Notes: generated by a model from the sequence alone, not told the origin. A stretch of 64,000 bases of DNA from Octopus vulgaris (GCA_951406725.2 OX597814.1:162874001-162938000), one strand, 5' to 3'; numbered from the stretch's first letter, positions 13,470-26,239 are shown. Made by a program: numbers and translations.

Positions 13470-14155
13470 TGGCATCCGCGCCGTAAGTTCCAATACGAAC
13501 ATTTTAGAGTGTTTGGATGTCAATCTGAGGACATGTACCGAGAGTGATAAAAATGAAACATCCAATCAGCATCATGGTGTTTGGAGTGTTCACTAGTGAT
13601 GGCTACATTATGCCTCCATTCATCTTCCTTCAGACTCAACACGGAGACCTACATCAAGTTCCTGGAGGAGGTAGTGCTGCCCTGGGTTAAAAGGATGGCT
13701 ACTGGAAGAGCCTATGTCTGGTAAAAGGACTCTGTACTATGCCACACAAGCAGGAGAACTCAGTCATGGTTGTCAAACAATTTCTGCGTCCACATCATTC
13801 CTAGCATCTTGCCACCTACCTCCCCAGACTGCAATCCCCTTGATTATTATGCGTAGGGCTCAGCTGAATGAGAGGCCGACAAAACTCCTTGTGACACCAA
13901 AGATGAACTGAAGGCAAGGAGTAGGGCAGCATTCACCAACTTAAAGAAGGAGACCGTCCAGAAGAGTTGCAGGGGATTCTGAAGTCGTCTGGAGGTTGTG
14001 GTTGAAGCCAATGGCGATTTTATTGAATGAATTTAGTCTTTAGTATTTCAAAATATTTTTGTGTGATCTTGATAAATATATCTATAAAAATGAGACGTCA
14101 GTGTTATTTCCATTTTTCTGTAATTAAGACGGCAATACCTTCACCGCACACTATA
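13470..14155 (+). mobile_element. Tc1/mariner DD37D (maT-type) transposase relic with right end
   Basis: KHPISIMVFGV..SDG.IMPPFIF, then VW*KDSVLCHTSRRTQSWL...PPTSPDCNPLDYY with 37 residues between the two Asp. Stops and deletions are present, and the TIR-like end ...ttcaccgcacac is followed by TA. Confidence 0.8.
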
Positions 14156-14227
14156 TATATATTCTTTTGCTCTTTTACTCTCTTTTACTTGTTTCCCTCC
14201 TTTAACTGCAGCCATGCTAGAGCACCA

Positions 14228-14285
<58 letters not shown>

Positions 14286-14288
14286 ATT

Positions 14289-14925
14289 TCCCCCCGCCCA
14301 CCCCCCAACCGCACCCCCTTCCCCCTCCTTTTCCACCCCTCTACCCTACCCCTTCGTCGCAAGATACTACGTGCCTTCCGTCGCCTCCAGCTTGATCCCA
14401 CCACCCGCCCCATTTTCCCTAACCCACCCCTGTCCTCCTTCAAACGAGCCCGCAAATCTGCGTGACCTCCTGGTCCACAGCACCCTCTCTCCTTCCCCCT
14501 CAGCCCCACACGGATCATTCCCTTGCTCTAGATCCCGCTGCAACACTTGCCCCTTCATCACCAACACCACCGCTGTCACCGGCTCCAACCAGCATACTGT
14601 ACGCATTAGGCACTCTTTTACGTGCACCTCGTCTGGCCTTATTTACTGCATTAAATGCAACCTATGCGGGATGCTGTATGTAGGACAGACGGGACGCCGG
14701 TTGTCCGACCGTTTCACTGAACATTTGAGGGACGTTCGCCTACACTCTTTTTCTCCCGTCGCACGCCACTTCCGCTCGGCCGGCCATTCCCTAGATGACA
14801 TCTCAGTGTTTGGTCTCGCCCCCCACAATGGTCGCCCACTTTCCAGGCTCCACTTGGAGCAACGCTACATCTTCACCCTACAAACTACTACCCCACACGG
14901 ACTTAACACAGCCCCCTCCTCTTGA
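14289..14925 (+). pseudogene. PLE RT-thumb/linker plus GIY-YIG endonuclease, frameshifted near 14453
   Basis: Frame 1 reads RTPFPLLFHP..KILRAFRRLQLDP..IFPNPPLSSFKRAR. Frame 2 reads NLRDLLVHS..CSRSRCNTC..FTCTSSGLIYCIKCNLCGMLYVGQTGRRLSDRFTEH..VARHF..H..LEQRYIFTLQT..PHGLN. Confidence 0.9.
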
Positions 14926-17802
14926 GATCCGCTTCTTTTTTTTTTTTTTTTTTGTTTCCCGGATACACCACCCACACACACACACCTACCTACCTCCCAC
15001 ACGCCTGTTCACACACACACATACGTAGACCCATCTACGTACATACATTCACACATTTAATCACACACACTTATAGACATACATGCACACACTAACATAC
15101 AAACCAACATGCACATACACACACACATACATACATACACACACACATACATACTTACACACACACACACACACACAGACATACATACACACATACATAC
15201 ACACATACATATGCACATACATACACACACACTCACACACACACACCGCACGTACATACTTCACACACACACACATGCACACATACATGTAGGCACACAC
15301 ATACATACATACCCACACATGCACACCCTTACACTGAATGCACACACACACATACACCTTTTTGCATCCAGGTAGCCCCCCCTTCTTTTCTGCTTTCCGG
15401 TTTTGGCTGATGGATCCTAGGTTCCCGCGTAGCGGGGCGTTCGAGGGCCTTTGCGCTCGCGCGCCTTGGCGCGCGCTGGGGGCTTGGTCGGCCCCATGGG
15501 CTTGCGTTGTATTGCTCGTGCGTTGTGTGCGTGAGCGCGCTTCGTGTGTGTGGGCTTGCTTCGGATGTGCGCGTGCGTATGTATGCATACATACCCACAC
15601 ACTCGCATGCATCCCTACCCACATACATACACGCACACCTACTCACACACACACATACACACACACACACATACCCGCACACACACACACATACATACAT
15701 ACACACACATACCTACTTCAGACATACACACACACAGACATACACCCATACACTCACACTCACACGCATACACACACACACATACACACGCACACGTACA
15801 CATACACACACACACACACACCCTACATACATACATTACACTTGTACACACACACACTTACATTCATACACACACACACCTACACAGCCATACCCTCACT
15901 CAGACACACACACATACCTACACACACACACAAACACACACAGACACACACCCATACATACATACATCTACACACACACGCCTACACACATACATACACA
16001 CATACATAAACACACACACATACACATACACACACATACGCACACACACATATACTTATACACATGCACACACACCCATACATACATACACCCATACACA
16101 TACACACACACATACCTACATACTCCTATACGCACATACATACACACAGACATACACACATACACACTCACACAAACATACACACACTCGCTTGCACGCA
16201 CACACACATGCATGACAAACACCCATACACTCACACTCACATACGCACACACCAACATAAACACGCACACGCACACACACACACCTACACTCCCACACAC
16301 ATACATACGCACCTACATACACACACGCACGCATACACACGCACACACACGCATACACACATACATTACACACGTACACACACACCACACACACACATAC
16401 ACACATACATACACACACATACACGGACACACCCATACATACTTACATACATACACCTATATACACACGCCCACACACCTACATACACACACATACATAC
16501 ACACACATACACGGACACACCCATACATACTTACATACATACACCTATACACACACGCCTACGCACCTACATACACACACATGCATACACACACACACAT
16601 GTACGCACATACACACACATATACGCACATACATATATACCCACACACATGCACACACACACACATACGCACATGCATGCATGCACACGCGCACACCTAC
16701 ACGCATACACACACACACACACGCACGTACACATACATACATACACACACACATACATACACCCATACACATACATGCATCCTACACACACATACATACA
16801 CACTCACACATACATACACACACACACACTCACTCACACACCTGTATGTACGCGCACACACATGCACATACACACACTTCCACACACCCACACGTACATA
16901 CATACACACTCATACACATACACACACACACACACGGACATACATCTATGCACACACATATATACACACATACTCACATACATTCATCGGACACACTGAC
17001 ACCCAGACATACACACAGACACACTCACACATCCACACACATACATACTTACGCGCATACTCGCAGGCGCGCGCATACACGCGCTTGCGCCGGTTCGCGC
17101 ACGCATACGCGCTGCATGCACCTCGCTCTTGGACCCGACGAGACCTCCCGCTCGTTCCTGGGACCGTCGCTTGTCGTTGGGTTCTCCCACGCCCGTCTCC
17201 GCGGGACCACTCTTCCATCTTCCCCTCAGCTGGAGTCCTTTTTCCTTAACCCCCCCTTTTTTGTTACACACACTCGCACACATATACACACCCACTCACA
17301 CACACACATTGCTTAAATATATACATTACTCTTACACACATTCAATCTACTCGCCATTAATACTACCACGACACTGGACACACACACACACTACTACTCA
17401 ACACACGCTGGCACGCTACATACGCCCCCACCCCTTCCCCTCCCTCCCTTCCTCCTTCCTTCATTTTCTTACTACTGACCACTGTCTGCTATGCCTACTA
17501 CTGTCTCGCCCTACCTCACACGCCTACACACAGACGCACACACTAACACATACATATATTTTTTGTTTTTTTATCTCGCCTCACACACACATACACACAC
17601 GCACACGCACACACTCACACATACACACACATCTGTTGCGTTACCAACCCTGTCTCCACTCTTTTGGCTTTAAAAACCTACTTTGCTCTTGTTATCGTAA
17701 ACTTCCGCCTTTCACCATGTGTACTTCGTAAACACCAGTCGTTTTTTTCTCCATCTCCTGTTGCCCGCTTTGGGATCTTTCTTTCCTCTCTCTTCCTTCT
17801 TT

Positions 17803-17839
17803 ATGTTTCCGACGAAGAGCTCCGCTCGAAACGTCATAC
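17803..17839 (+). ncRNA. PLE minimal hammerhead motif
   Basis: CCGACGA-A-GAGC tcc GCTC-GAAA-CGTC, with palindromic ACGT as stem III. Stem I is weak. Confidence 0.65.
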
Positions 17840-17928
17840 CTTCCTGCTTCCATATTTCCTGAGCGCCTATTAATAATAATACTGTAATTGTTCCACTGTT
17901 GTTGTTTTTTTGTTTTCCCGTTTGGATT

Positions 17929-17964
<36 letters not shown>

Positions 17965-18084
17965 AGAGAGAGAGAGGGGAAACAGTGAAAAAACGTCGCT
18001 TTCTATCTATCTGCCTCTCTATCTATGTAAATAGATAGATAGGTAAATAGACACATAAACAGCCAAGAAGAGAGATAGAAACAG

Positions 18085-18150
<66 letters not shown>

Positions 18151-19133
18151 GGAAATATATGTAGCATTTTTAAGGCTTAAAGTCTTAAAATGTAGACATT
18201 AAAGCTCAATAATTTAGTTCCACAAATACGTCCCTCAGTGTTAAAATAACACATGATTACAACTTTCCAACTCAGTTTAAACCTACTTTGCTGTTGTTTG
18301 TTTAAGACAGCACTAAAGTTTGGACTAGCCTCAGTAACGCAAAGAAGCATAAACTGTTACTCTATAAAGTCTTTTAGAAACGTCTGTTTGGCTTCCCATC
18401 TAAACACCGACTTCCATCTAAACTGGCCGGAGCCAAACAATTCTCCAACGGTAAATAACAAAATTTTTATCATTCATTGATTTTCTCCTGAAAGCCGCAT
18501 TCTCAGTGTATTTAGATTGCGCCTGCATTTAATCATCGCTGTATATAATAATGAACTACTCTGAACCTAACTCATTTATTGAATCCTCTTACACAAAACC
18601 GTATGTACTTGAATACGTATAGCGTTACATTATGCTAGCTAACGTGTGAATAGAGTATATATTGACAAGTAAATGTCGAAGATTTATTTAAAGAAACCTT
18701 GAAGCGATTTGTAGCTCACAGTAAAATAGACAGAACAATAAAAAGCAAATTGTGCAGTCCGATAGAAATTTTTGTTCGAGATGAGAAAATAACTGTATGC
18801 GTACTGAGAATAAATGTGAAATGGAATTCACCTCTGAAATGCTCTGAAATAATCTGAAAAATGATAGTTTTAACAAATATTTCTTTATTGCTTAAGATTG
18901 AAACATAAGAATACAAGAATACAAGAATATCATATGAATAGCTGGATTACACCTAGGCTTAATATTTTACCATTTAAATACTTAACAGGTGCACTGAGAT
19001 AGTTAATGCGTGAATGGATTCTAAAATGCTATTCCAGTTAAAATTTTCCAGGCTATCTTAAATACTGATGAAAATGCACTTGTCATTCCATTTACAACCG
19101 GTTCTCATTATGCAGGATATGGAAGATGTTCAT

Positions 19134-19204
<71 letters not shown>

Positions 19205-19206
<2 letters not shown>

Positions 19207-19407
19207 TACATACATACATTCTCATTTGTACCTATCATCAAAGGTGCATTAGGTTATGTACCAACAAATTTGCACAAAATCCTAGAAATGTTCGGTTTCG
19301 CAGTGAAAGAGCAAAAGAAACGGTCGCAGATTCCCCAAATCCAATCCATAAGTGGTACAGTGAAGATCTGTAAGGCATTCCAAAAATTTTTCATGCGAAA
19401 TTCTTAA
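19205..19407 (+). pseudogene. REL-endonuclease LINE C-terminal remnant
   Basis: FSFVPIIKGALGYVPTNL..L..FGF....QIQSISGTVKICKAF, homologous to 22922-23158. Confidence 0.65.
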
Positions 19408-21389
19408 GTGAATAGATGCACACACTTGAGTGTATGCATCGATAGTTCAACCAACCCACCAACTCAACCACATATTTACAAACACCGGGAACTCTCTTTA
19501 CTCAAAAAGTCTTGTTATGTTAGTGAGCTGTTTGAACTTTCTCAAGTAGAATTTAAGTAAAACTCATACATGTAACTCTCCACCTTAGATGAAGTGGTTT
19601 CTGCAACGGGAACAAGATAGGGCTGACACCAGCAGAAACGACAAAGATGTAATTGGGATATTAGAATCAAAACATATTCAGAGTGTTGTTATATTTCGGG
19701 ACGGTCATTTTTTTCTTGCCAAATAAACACACGCACTATATATTCGTTCTTCACTCTTTTATTACTGTTCTTATTTTATCGTATGTCCATTGTCTGAAAA
19801 TCATTCGTCACCTCTTCAGCGACTCTTTCACTCAACATGTCCTTGAAGAAGTCACAGATGCGTTACGAAAGATTTTAGATAATAGACTTAAGATAAAATA
19901 AGAACAATAATAAACGAGTGAAGAACGAATATATAGTGCGTGTGTAACTTCGCATATCAGATACCAGTGGGTTTCAGGGTTCATCAAGAGAAAATGCGCA
20001 CCGTTTCGGGGTCCTTCCACCTGACGGTTTTAGAGCGCACAGGCCCACCTTACTGATGCGAGGCCCCCACCTACTATTTCGACTAATATTCGATCTTAAG
20101 TTCATTTTGGGATCATCATCTCTTCAATCAAGTGTCATTTCTTTGTAGCCATATCCAATGGTTGGCTCTCCCAACTGTCACTTGGATCTCTTTCAACATG
20201 GCGTTTGCTTACCGGTGTTGGACACCAATTGATAGCAGCCACCGTCTCAGTCTGGTTCTAAAAAAAGACCCTATATCCAACTTCTTCGGGGAAGTTCCGT
20301 ACTCCAACTAGCAACTATAATCTTCTAGTAGTTTCTCATAACACACTCTAATGAACTCCGAACTATCGATGCTAATTGGGAATGTAGCAATGGAATCCAA
20401 AGAAGAATGAATATAATATTTTTTAAAATTCAGAACTTATCTCATTACATTGTTTTGTTGTAAGGCTTTTAATTTTGCGATCTTTTTTCGCTGGTCATTA
20501 AACTTGTCGAAATAGAGTAGGCACTACTTATGTATGTCATTATTCAGTTTTATTTCTGGAGTTCTTGCCAATAGAAAAAGAACCGGTTTCTAACCTAGAT
20601 CCAAGTCTCCTTCACTGTAATTTCAACATGAACAACAGGGAATATTTGCTTGTATGTATGTATGTATGTATGTATGTATGTGTGCAGATTTGTATGTTTT
20701 GTTTTACGTATGTATTCTCATGTATTGATTTCTTTTTCTGAAAACCCTATCTTTTCCCGGTTGTCACTTAGGCGTTTACACACAAAATCAAGCACACCAA
20801 TTATTACTGGTATAAATGTGAATGTATAAACTGGATACAGAAGCTCGATTTGCTGAAGCAGTTGTGCACAATTATCATCTTCCTCACTGATTTTCAAAGA
20901 GATATTCACATCAGTAGGACAGTTGATCTCTATGACGGTACATAGTTTTTTCTTCTAAGTCCCTAACAGCAATATCTAGCCTGTTATGTTTACACTCGAT
21001 AGAATTTTTTGATGGATATGTTCCACCAATATTCCTTGTGATGATATTTGTGCATGTATTCAATAACAGAGGAATTTCTTTCCAAGACATTCTCTTTTTT
21101 ACGAATAGCATTGTATTTTGTGTTTGCGACAATGTTGTGTCGCATAGGAGGTACTACTTCGATGATATTTTTGGGCAGCTACTAACCACGTGTCTGATGA
21201 CTTCCACTGAAATATGACATAATCTACATTTTCGATTGCATCTTGGAGCTCCAAGATCTTCATTGTCTCTTTTGTTTACTAGGTATTTCATAGCAATCTC
21301 CAGTTCTTGAACTGCAAATGCTTTGTTTTTGAAGTGCGGTGTGACGTAACAGTCACGAGTCCAAGAGAGGTTTAGCTTCATTTTGATAT

Positions 21390-21620
21390 TACTCTTTACT
21401 CTTTACTCTTTTACTTGTTTCAGTCATTTGACAGCGGCCATGCTGGAGCACCGCCTTTAGTCGAGCAAATCGACCCCGGGACTTATTCTTTGTAAGCCCA
21501 GTACTTATTCTATCGGTCTCTTTTGCCGAACCGCTAAGTGACGGGGACGTAAACACACCAGCATCGGTTGTCAAGCAATGCTAGGGGGACAAACACAGAT
21601 ACACAAACACCTACACACAA

Positions 21621-21701
<81 letters not shown>

Positions 21702-21950
21702 AAAAAGGAAATGAAGAAAATGCTGACAAATAATTGAAGTAATTTAAGTAATTTAATTAGGTGAAAGTTCTTTTTACCGGTTGCGCATTTGTTATGCTTA
21801 TCAAAATGATTTTGATAAGCATAACAAATGCGCAACCGGTAAAAAGAACTTTCACCTAATTAAATTACTTAAATTACTTCAATTATTTGTCAGCATTTTC
21901 TTCATTTCCTTTTTTATATATCACCACTCGTGTTCGACATCTCCTTTTTT

Positions 21951-22010
<60 letters not shown>

Positions 22011-22032
22011 CATATATACGACAGGCTTCTTT
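21390..22032 (-). mobile_element. SINE family A, 5'-truncated, with an insertion in its internal microsatellite
   Basis: Tail actctttactctt at 21391 and body to 21600; atatacgacaggcttcttt resumes at 22014-22032. Confidence 0.85.
21695..21953. mobile_element. Palindromic PLE pLTR-like fragment with variant hammerhead
   Basis: Perfect inverted repeat 21695-21807 / 21809-21921 containing TTGATAA-GCAT aacaa ATGC-GCAA-CCGG-TA, flanked by (TA)n. Confidence 0.7.
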
Positions 22033-22541
22033 ACTGTTTTCTTCAAGTTTTCGGGAAACATGCCCATTCATAGTCTTTTTTTTTCTTTTGATATGCTGAA
22101 CGTTTCACATTCAGATATTCTTTGAGATATGTCCGGCTGTTTTGGAGTTGTATGGGCGGTCATCAGGAATAGAGTGTTTCCTGACGAGTTCGCTACCGAC
22201 ACATAGGATGTCGTTCTCTTCATTTTTGAACTCTTAGTTAATGTATTTATTTTTGCTGTTGTTGTTGTTTAGGAAGTGCTGTTTGCAAGAAACTATTCGG
22301 CGTATGGAGGCTTTTTGCCCTGGTGTATGTTTGCATGTATGTATGTATGTATGTATGTATGTATGTATGTATGTATGTATGTATGTATGTATGTATGTAT
22401 GTATGTATGTATGTATGCATGCATGCATTCATGCATGCATGCATGTATGCATGTATGTATGTATGTATGTATGTATGTATGTATGTATGTATGTATGTAT
22501 GTACGTACGTGTGTATGTATCTATGTACGTATGCATGCCTA

Positions 22542-22815
22542 GTAGAGGCACATAGCCAAGTGGTTAGAGCAGTGGACTCGCAGGTTCGAATCTCAGACCG
22601 AGCGATATGTGTGTTTATGAGCGAAACACCTAAGCTCCACGCGGCTCCGGCAGAAGGTAATGGCGAACTTCTGCTGACTATTTCGCTACAATTTTCTCTC
22701 ACTCTTTCCTCCTGCATCCTGCGACAGACCGGTGTCCCGCCCAGGTGGAGAACCTATACGCCAAGGAAACGGGAAACCGACCCTTATGAGCCAGGCATGG
22801 CTTCGAAAAGGAACA
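22542..22815 (+). mobile_element. SINE family B variant
   Basis: gtagaggcacatagccaagtggttagagc..ggttcgaatctc head and the ctaagctccacgcggctccggcag core shared with 31018 and 32910. Confidence 0.8.
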
Positions 22816-22921
22816 AACATAAAAAAACACATGCATGCCTGCATGTATGTATGTATGCAGGTATGTATGTATGTATGCAGGTATGTATGTATGCAGGTAT
22901 GTCTTCTCTTTCTCTTTTTAT

Positions 22922-23153
22922 CTAGAGTAAATTTTGACCACCCACCGATATCCTAGATATCCTGATCATTTGTAGCATATGAATTAAGGATTTGCATTCT
23001 CTCCTCAAGATCCCAAGTTCAGCCATACTTTGGTCCAGGCTGGTTGGTATGTATCCTGTTGCTCCAATGATAATGAATATGAAACTGAAAGCATATCTTG
23101 GGTACTGGAAGTCCAAATTCCTTATCAATGGTCCATAGATGTCGTCTTTCTCC

Positions 23154-23158
<5 letters not shown>
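22922..23158 (-). pseudogene. REL-endonuclease LINE C-terminal remnant
   Basis: QEKDDIYGPLIRNL..QYPRYAFSFI.IIIGATGYIP. Confidence 0.7.
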
Positions 23159-23215
<57 letters not shown>

Positions 23216-23218
<3 letters not shown>

Positions 23219-23637
23219 ATATTAATTCGAGACAAAACCACTATTTTGCAAAACAAACAAGGAAAGACTTAATCAATACATAAAAAAATGTTAATATAAA
23301 GAAATAAACCGCCACTACAATCGTTTCATGTCTTCAATGACATTCGTCAGGTGGATTTTCGATCTCCTAATCTGTTTTAATTTATGAATTAAAACAGATT
23401 AGGAGATCGAAAATCCACCTGACGAATGTCATTGAAGACATGAAACGATTGTAGTGGCGGTTTATTTCTTTATATTAAAATTTTTTTATGTATTGATTAA
23501 GTCTTTCCTTGTTTGTTTTGCAAAATAGTGGTTTTGTCTCGAATTAATATTATATAATATTTTACTATAAAATTGGATTTAATCCTAAATCTGATTTTTT
23601 CCCTGTAAATTTGGATTTATTCCCTAATATTTATTAT

Positions 23638-23640
<3 letters not shown>
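23216..23640. mobile_element. Inverted PLE pLTR palindrome carrying two canonical hammerheads
   Basis: Arms 23216-23382 / 23387-23553 (one visible mismatch) with loop tatg. An unpaired tail runs to ~23640, and (TA)n flanks both sides. Confidence 0.85.
23415..23457 (+). ncRNA. Minimal type I hammerhead ribozyme (canonical core); mirror copy at 23312-23354 on the minus strand
   Basis: CCAC-CTGACGA-ATGTC attgaa GACAT-GAAA-C gatt G-TA-GTGG. All three stems pair. Confidence 0.85.
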
Positions 23641-23684
<44 letters not shown>

Positions 23685-23845
23685 TCTGGTTTGCCACAGT
23701 ATTAGTAAGGTCCAACACGAGAAACATGTGAAGTGCCTACCGTTCTCCGCTCAAGACTTTTATATGAACCAGCTGATCAGTACTGAGTATAATATTAGTT
23801 AATAAATGAATGGGCAAAGGATAGTTTGTACATTATCCCTTTCAT

Positions 23846-23928
23846 TAGCTTACAGCTGTTTCAGTTACAAGAAACCGTGCACCTGGAGTTGAGCGATAGT
23901 TCGACTGCTTGTAACTTCCTCGGAACTA
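23846..23928 (-). ncRNA. Type I hammerhead motif with long stem/loop II
   Basis: The minus strand reads TAGTT-CCGAGGA-AGTTACAAG..loop..CTTGTAACT-GAAA-CAGCTG-TA-AGCTA. Confidence 0.7.
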
Positions 23929-24008
23929 CTTCAACGAAGCACTAGAATGTGATTGTGTGTGTGTTTGTGCAAGTATATTTGTGTGTGTATGTACTGATGA
24001 ATAAATAA

Positions 24009-24079
<71 letters not shown>

Positions 24080-24261
24080 TAAACCAAGAAGATTAACTGA
24101 AATAAAAAAAAAACTTAATTTCTCAATATAGTTTAAATATTTATTTTTCAAAACACACGCATACACATATGTACGTACAAACATAAAGATACGCTCACTC
24201 ACGCACACATAAACATAAACACTCACACACAAAAAAATGCACGCACATGCATACACGCCAA

Positions 24262-24322
<61 letters not shown>

Positions 24323-24570
24323 GCGCACATACTTACATGTAAGTTATTCGTGATTCGCTCCATCAGTCAACCCTGCGCCTGAGTATTCAATATTGTTCAG
24401 GGCCAATTCATGAAACTCTGAGCAACAGAATGCTATAAGTTGTTATTATAACTAGTAAACTAATATATTCAATGTTTAATCTATCAAAGGTATTGAGTTC
24501 TTTTTCTGTTTTTGCATTGTTCATGAAGTAACCGTGTACGTAATAACACCTGGAAACATATTACTACATA

Positions 24571-24631
<61 letters not shown>

Positions 24632-24696
24632 ATAACAATAATAATAATAATAATAATAATCTACCAAACGTATATGTATGTATGACTACATAGATG

Positions 24697-24771
<75 letters not shown>

Positions 24772-25010
24772 ATGTACGTGCGCGTGCATGTGTGTGTGTG
24801 CGTGTTTGTCTGGCTGTATGCGTAGTATCATTTGGAAGCTTTTGATGGCTTTATTTTCTCGTTTAGCCTCTACAGTAACGAGGCGTTTCAGTACAGAATT
24901 GAATTGATGCATATATAACACAGCAATAATTCAGGATATTGGAATTTTATGTGACGTGCTAGACTCATATAATAAAACATTAATAACATTTCGTATTTCT
25001 AACGCAGCTC

Positions 25011-25085
<75 letters not shown>

Positions 25086-25413
25086 TGATTCTTTTTGTTT
25101 ATTCATTATTGCCACATATTTATGGACGAGGGGACATTACAGGGACTGCTTAGAAAATATGTGGGGACTGAAATAATAAGTGGAATTATATAACGTTTAT
25201 GATGAAAATTCTGAGCGAAATTTCTTTACATAGGGCCAATCAAGGAACCCCACTGATCCAAGTTTGGTTTGACTACCAAAGTCAGCTGCTTTCGCCTAGT
25301 TGCATACTCGATAGCATGCTAAGAGTGAATTCAATCACTCATTCAATGGTGGGTTATCTCATCCATATTTTACCATATTTACTGGAGTTTCCTCTCTAAA
25401 ATGAACAAGAAAA

Positions 25414-25446
<33 letters not shown>

Positions 25447-25864
25447 AAATTTTGTCTCTGTATAACGTTTCTATAGCTACGTCCTCAAGGAATACTTTTA
25501 CTGTCGTCTATCGTTCTCTCCTCCCTCACTCCGTTTTTTTTTTTTTTTTCATTTTCTCTTTCTTTCTCTTTGCTATGCAGTTCTATTTTGAACTTTGTTA
25601 TTGTGCTGTTGTTTGCTATTTTCTAATTCTTGATTTAAAAATCGCCTCTGCAAAAAAAAAAAAAGAAAAAAAAAAAGAAAAAGAAAAAATTAAAAATACG
25701 CAAGTTCCCTCAGAGTTGAATCTTACAATGAAAATATTGTCACCAAAACTCAGCTGGTCCTCTCTCGTATTCGATTATACAAAATTTTTCAAATATCTAA
25801 ACTCCTTCCGGATAAAAAGAGCTAGTATTCGGAGCCGAAGCTCGGCGTGACTTCCAGAAGCAGC

Positions 25865-25903
25865 AATAATAATAATAAAACAGCAGTAATAATAATAATA
25901 ATC

Positions 25904-25999
<96 letters not shown>
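25865..25999. repeat. (TAA)n microsatellite
   Basis: Directly visible. Further tracts lie at 25012-25083, 26687-26752, 27385-27480 and 28256-28288. Confidence 0.95.
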
Positions 26000-26002
<3 letters not shown>

Positions 26003-26239
26003 GCCCTGATGCAGTACCAGGTAGTGGCTCTCATGGCTTCTCATCATAACTGATTGGAAGTGATGTCATGTACATTGTTTTGTCTTGGTATAAAAGATAG
26101 GCTACAGCAAATATTCTACTCAATAACACAGATTTGCTAGTCAGTTGTTTGACCTTAACCAGTTGAGCATGTCCCTTAGTGGCTGACGATATGTGCATCT
26201 CTGATCACGAGCAGAAGTAGTGGGGGATCATCATAGTCG

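Larger units (their letters stand above)
14289..17934 (+). mobile_element. 5'-truncated Penelope-like element (Neptune-type) with long CA-rich 3' region and terminal pLTR
   Basis: Contains the RT C-terminus/linker and GIY-YIG coding sequence plus a hammerhead motif at 17803-17839, and is bounded by (TA)n on both sides. Confidence 0.8.
20718..22230 (-). pseudogene. REL-endonuclease LINE (CCHC finger plus REL), interrupted by SINE A at 21390-22032
   Basis: KCRLCH..VEVIRHVVSSCP, CKHNRLDIAVRDLEEK and LYPVYTFTFIPVIIGVL. The upstream part (MNGHVSRKLEE) resumes after 22032. Confidence 0.75.

Noticed and set aside
15507-17249. 580-aa His/Thr-rich ORF and the many YI/VC/HT/II ORFs
   Set aside because: These are translations of microsatellite or low-complexity DNA that lacks stops by composition.
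19975-20330. GC-richer segment as HDV-like ribozyme or RTE remnant
   Set aside because: I could not build the nested pseudoknot or a convincing translation.
20560-20640. Minus-strand ..tgaaggag..aggttaGAAACCGGTTC hammerhead-like motif
   Set aside because: The palindromic stem III is suggestive, but the 5' core and stem II do not fit in this copy.
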